Positions 63,384 to 64,000 of a stretch of DNA of 64,000 nt are shown here, in pieces; position 1 is the first letter of the stretch; every line of letters starts with the position of its first letter. This stretch comes from Vezdaea acicularis. Its lineage: Eukaryota. The DNA lies in the NCBI GenBank assembly GCA_026025075.1, contig JAPEUI010000080.1, positions 1 through 64,000 on the forward strand, given 5' to 3'. The notes under the pieces are model-generated. The model did no database searches, was not told where the DNA came from, and worked only from the letters and a program-made list of their open reading frames with translations. The translations under genes were made by a program, and so were the position numbers.

Positions 63384-64000
63384 ATGGACCACCCCTACTC
63401 CCCCTCCTCCTCTGACCTCCTCATCAGCGAAGACCTCGTCCCCACTCGCCCGCCAAAAGCGCCAGGAATTACCACCCTCGACTTCAACGGTCTCCTCCGC
63501 GCCCCTCTCCGCCTATACGAGGACCTTGCGGACGGCTGTGGCGGGCAGGTATGGCCAGCCGGCCAGGTCCTCGCATCTTACCTCCTGCGCACGAAACGGG
63601 AGGAGCTCGCTCACGCGCGAATGTGGGTCGGCGCCGTTCATTCTTTTATGCGGTTGCGGCGGGTTGGCTGATACAAGGGCTTTTGCTGGTGTTGTAGACT
63701 TGAACTCGGCGCGGGTGGCGGATTAGTCGGGTTAGCTGTCGCGTTGGGTGGGGAGTTAGAGCATCTCCTGCGCATCACGGATCAAGCCCCGATGCTCGGG
63801 CTGATGCAGCGGAATATCGTGCTCAACGGGCTCAGTCAGGTCGTGGAGGCTAGTGTCTTGGACTGGGGGGCTGCGCTTGATTCGGCGATGCCCAGGCCGA
63901 CGGTCGTGCTGGCGGCGGATTGTGTGTACTTCGAGCCGGCGTTTGAGCCGTTGATCGATACGCTTGGGGAACTGCTGGGGGAGGGCGTGGTGTGTTATTT
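63384..64000 (+). CDS. EFM6: Protein-lysine N-methyltransferase, METTL21/Efm6 type (3'-truncated)
   Basis: GCGGQVWPAG, ILELGAGGGLVG (after one intron), LDWG and VLAADCVYFEPAF. Confidence 0.85.

Overview
Gene-dense, intron-rich nuclear DNA of a filamentous ascomycete (Pezizomycotina-type GTRAGT/CTRAC/YAG introns). I reconstructed about 29 protein-coding genes by hand, several of them split or missed by the ORF track. Most are housekeeping genes: mitochondrial NAD+ carrier, QCR7, MAG1, ECM33, an SDR, an Anp1/Van1/Mnn9-family mannosyltransferase, SPF45-like, PCS60, YCII, DUF2408, RPP1, NOP15, SMN, SERF/4F5, asparagine synthetase, UBC9, PEX19, a GPI cell-wall protein, SKI8, MRPL32, CDC10, GUK1, RUD3, BUD6, PBP1 and EFM6. 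The accessory part is 22.9-27.2 kb. There, two ~280-bp TIR (MITE-like) copies bracket a ~2.1-kb AT-rich, CpG-stripped relic and the YCII gene; the cores of the two copies are inverted relative to each other while their end markers are not. Other notable points: SMN lies next to SERF (as at the human SMA locus), three GC-AG introns, two in-frame upstream mitochondrial-type presequences, a PBP1 uORF and an orphan gene. I recognised no tRNA, rRNA, snRNA or CRISPR. All product calls come from motif recall, not database searches, and I cannot claim a demonstrably new multi-gene system.
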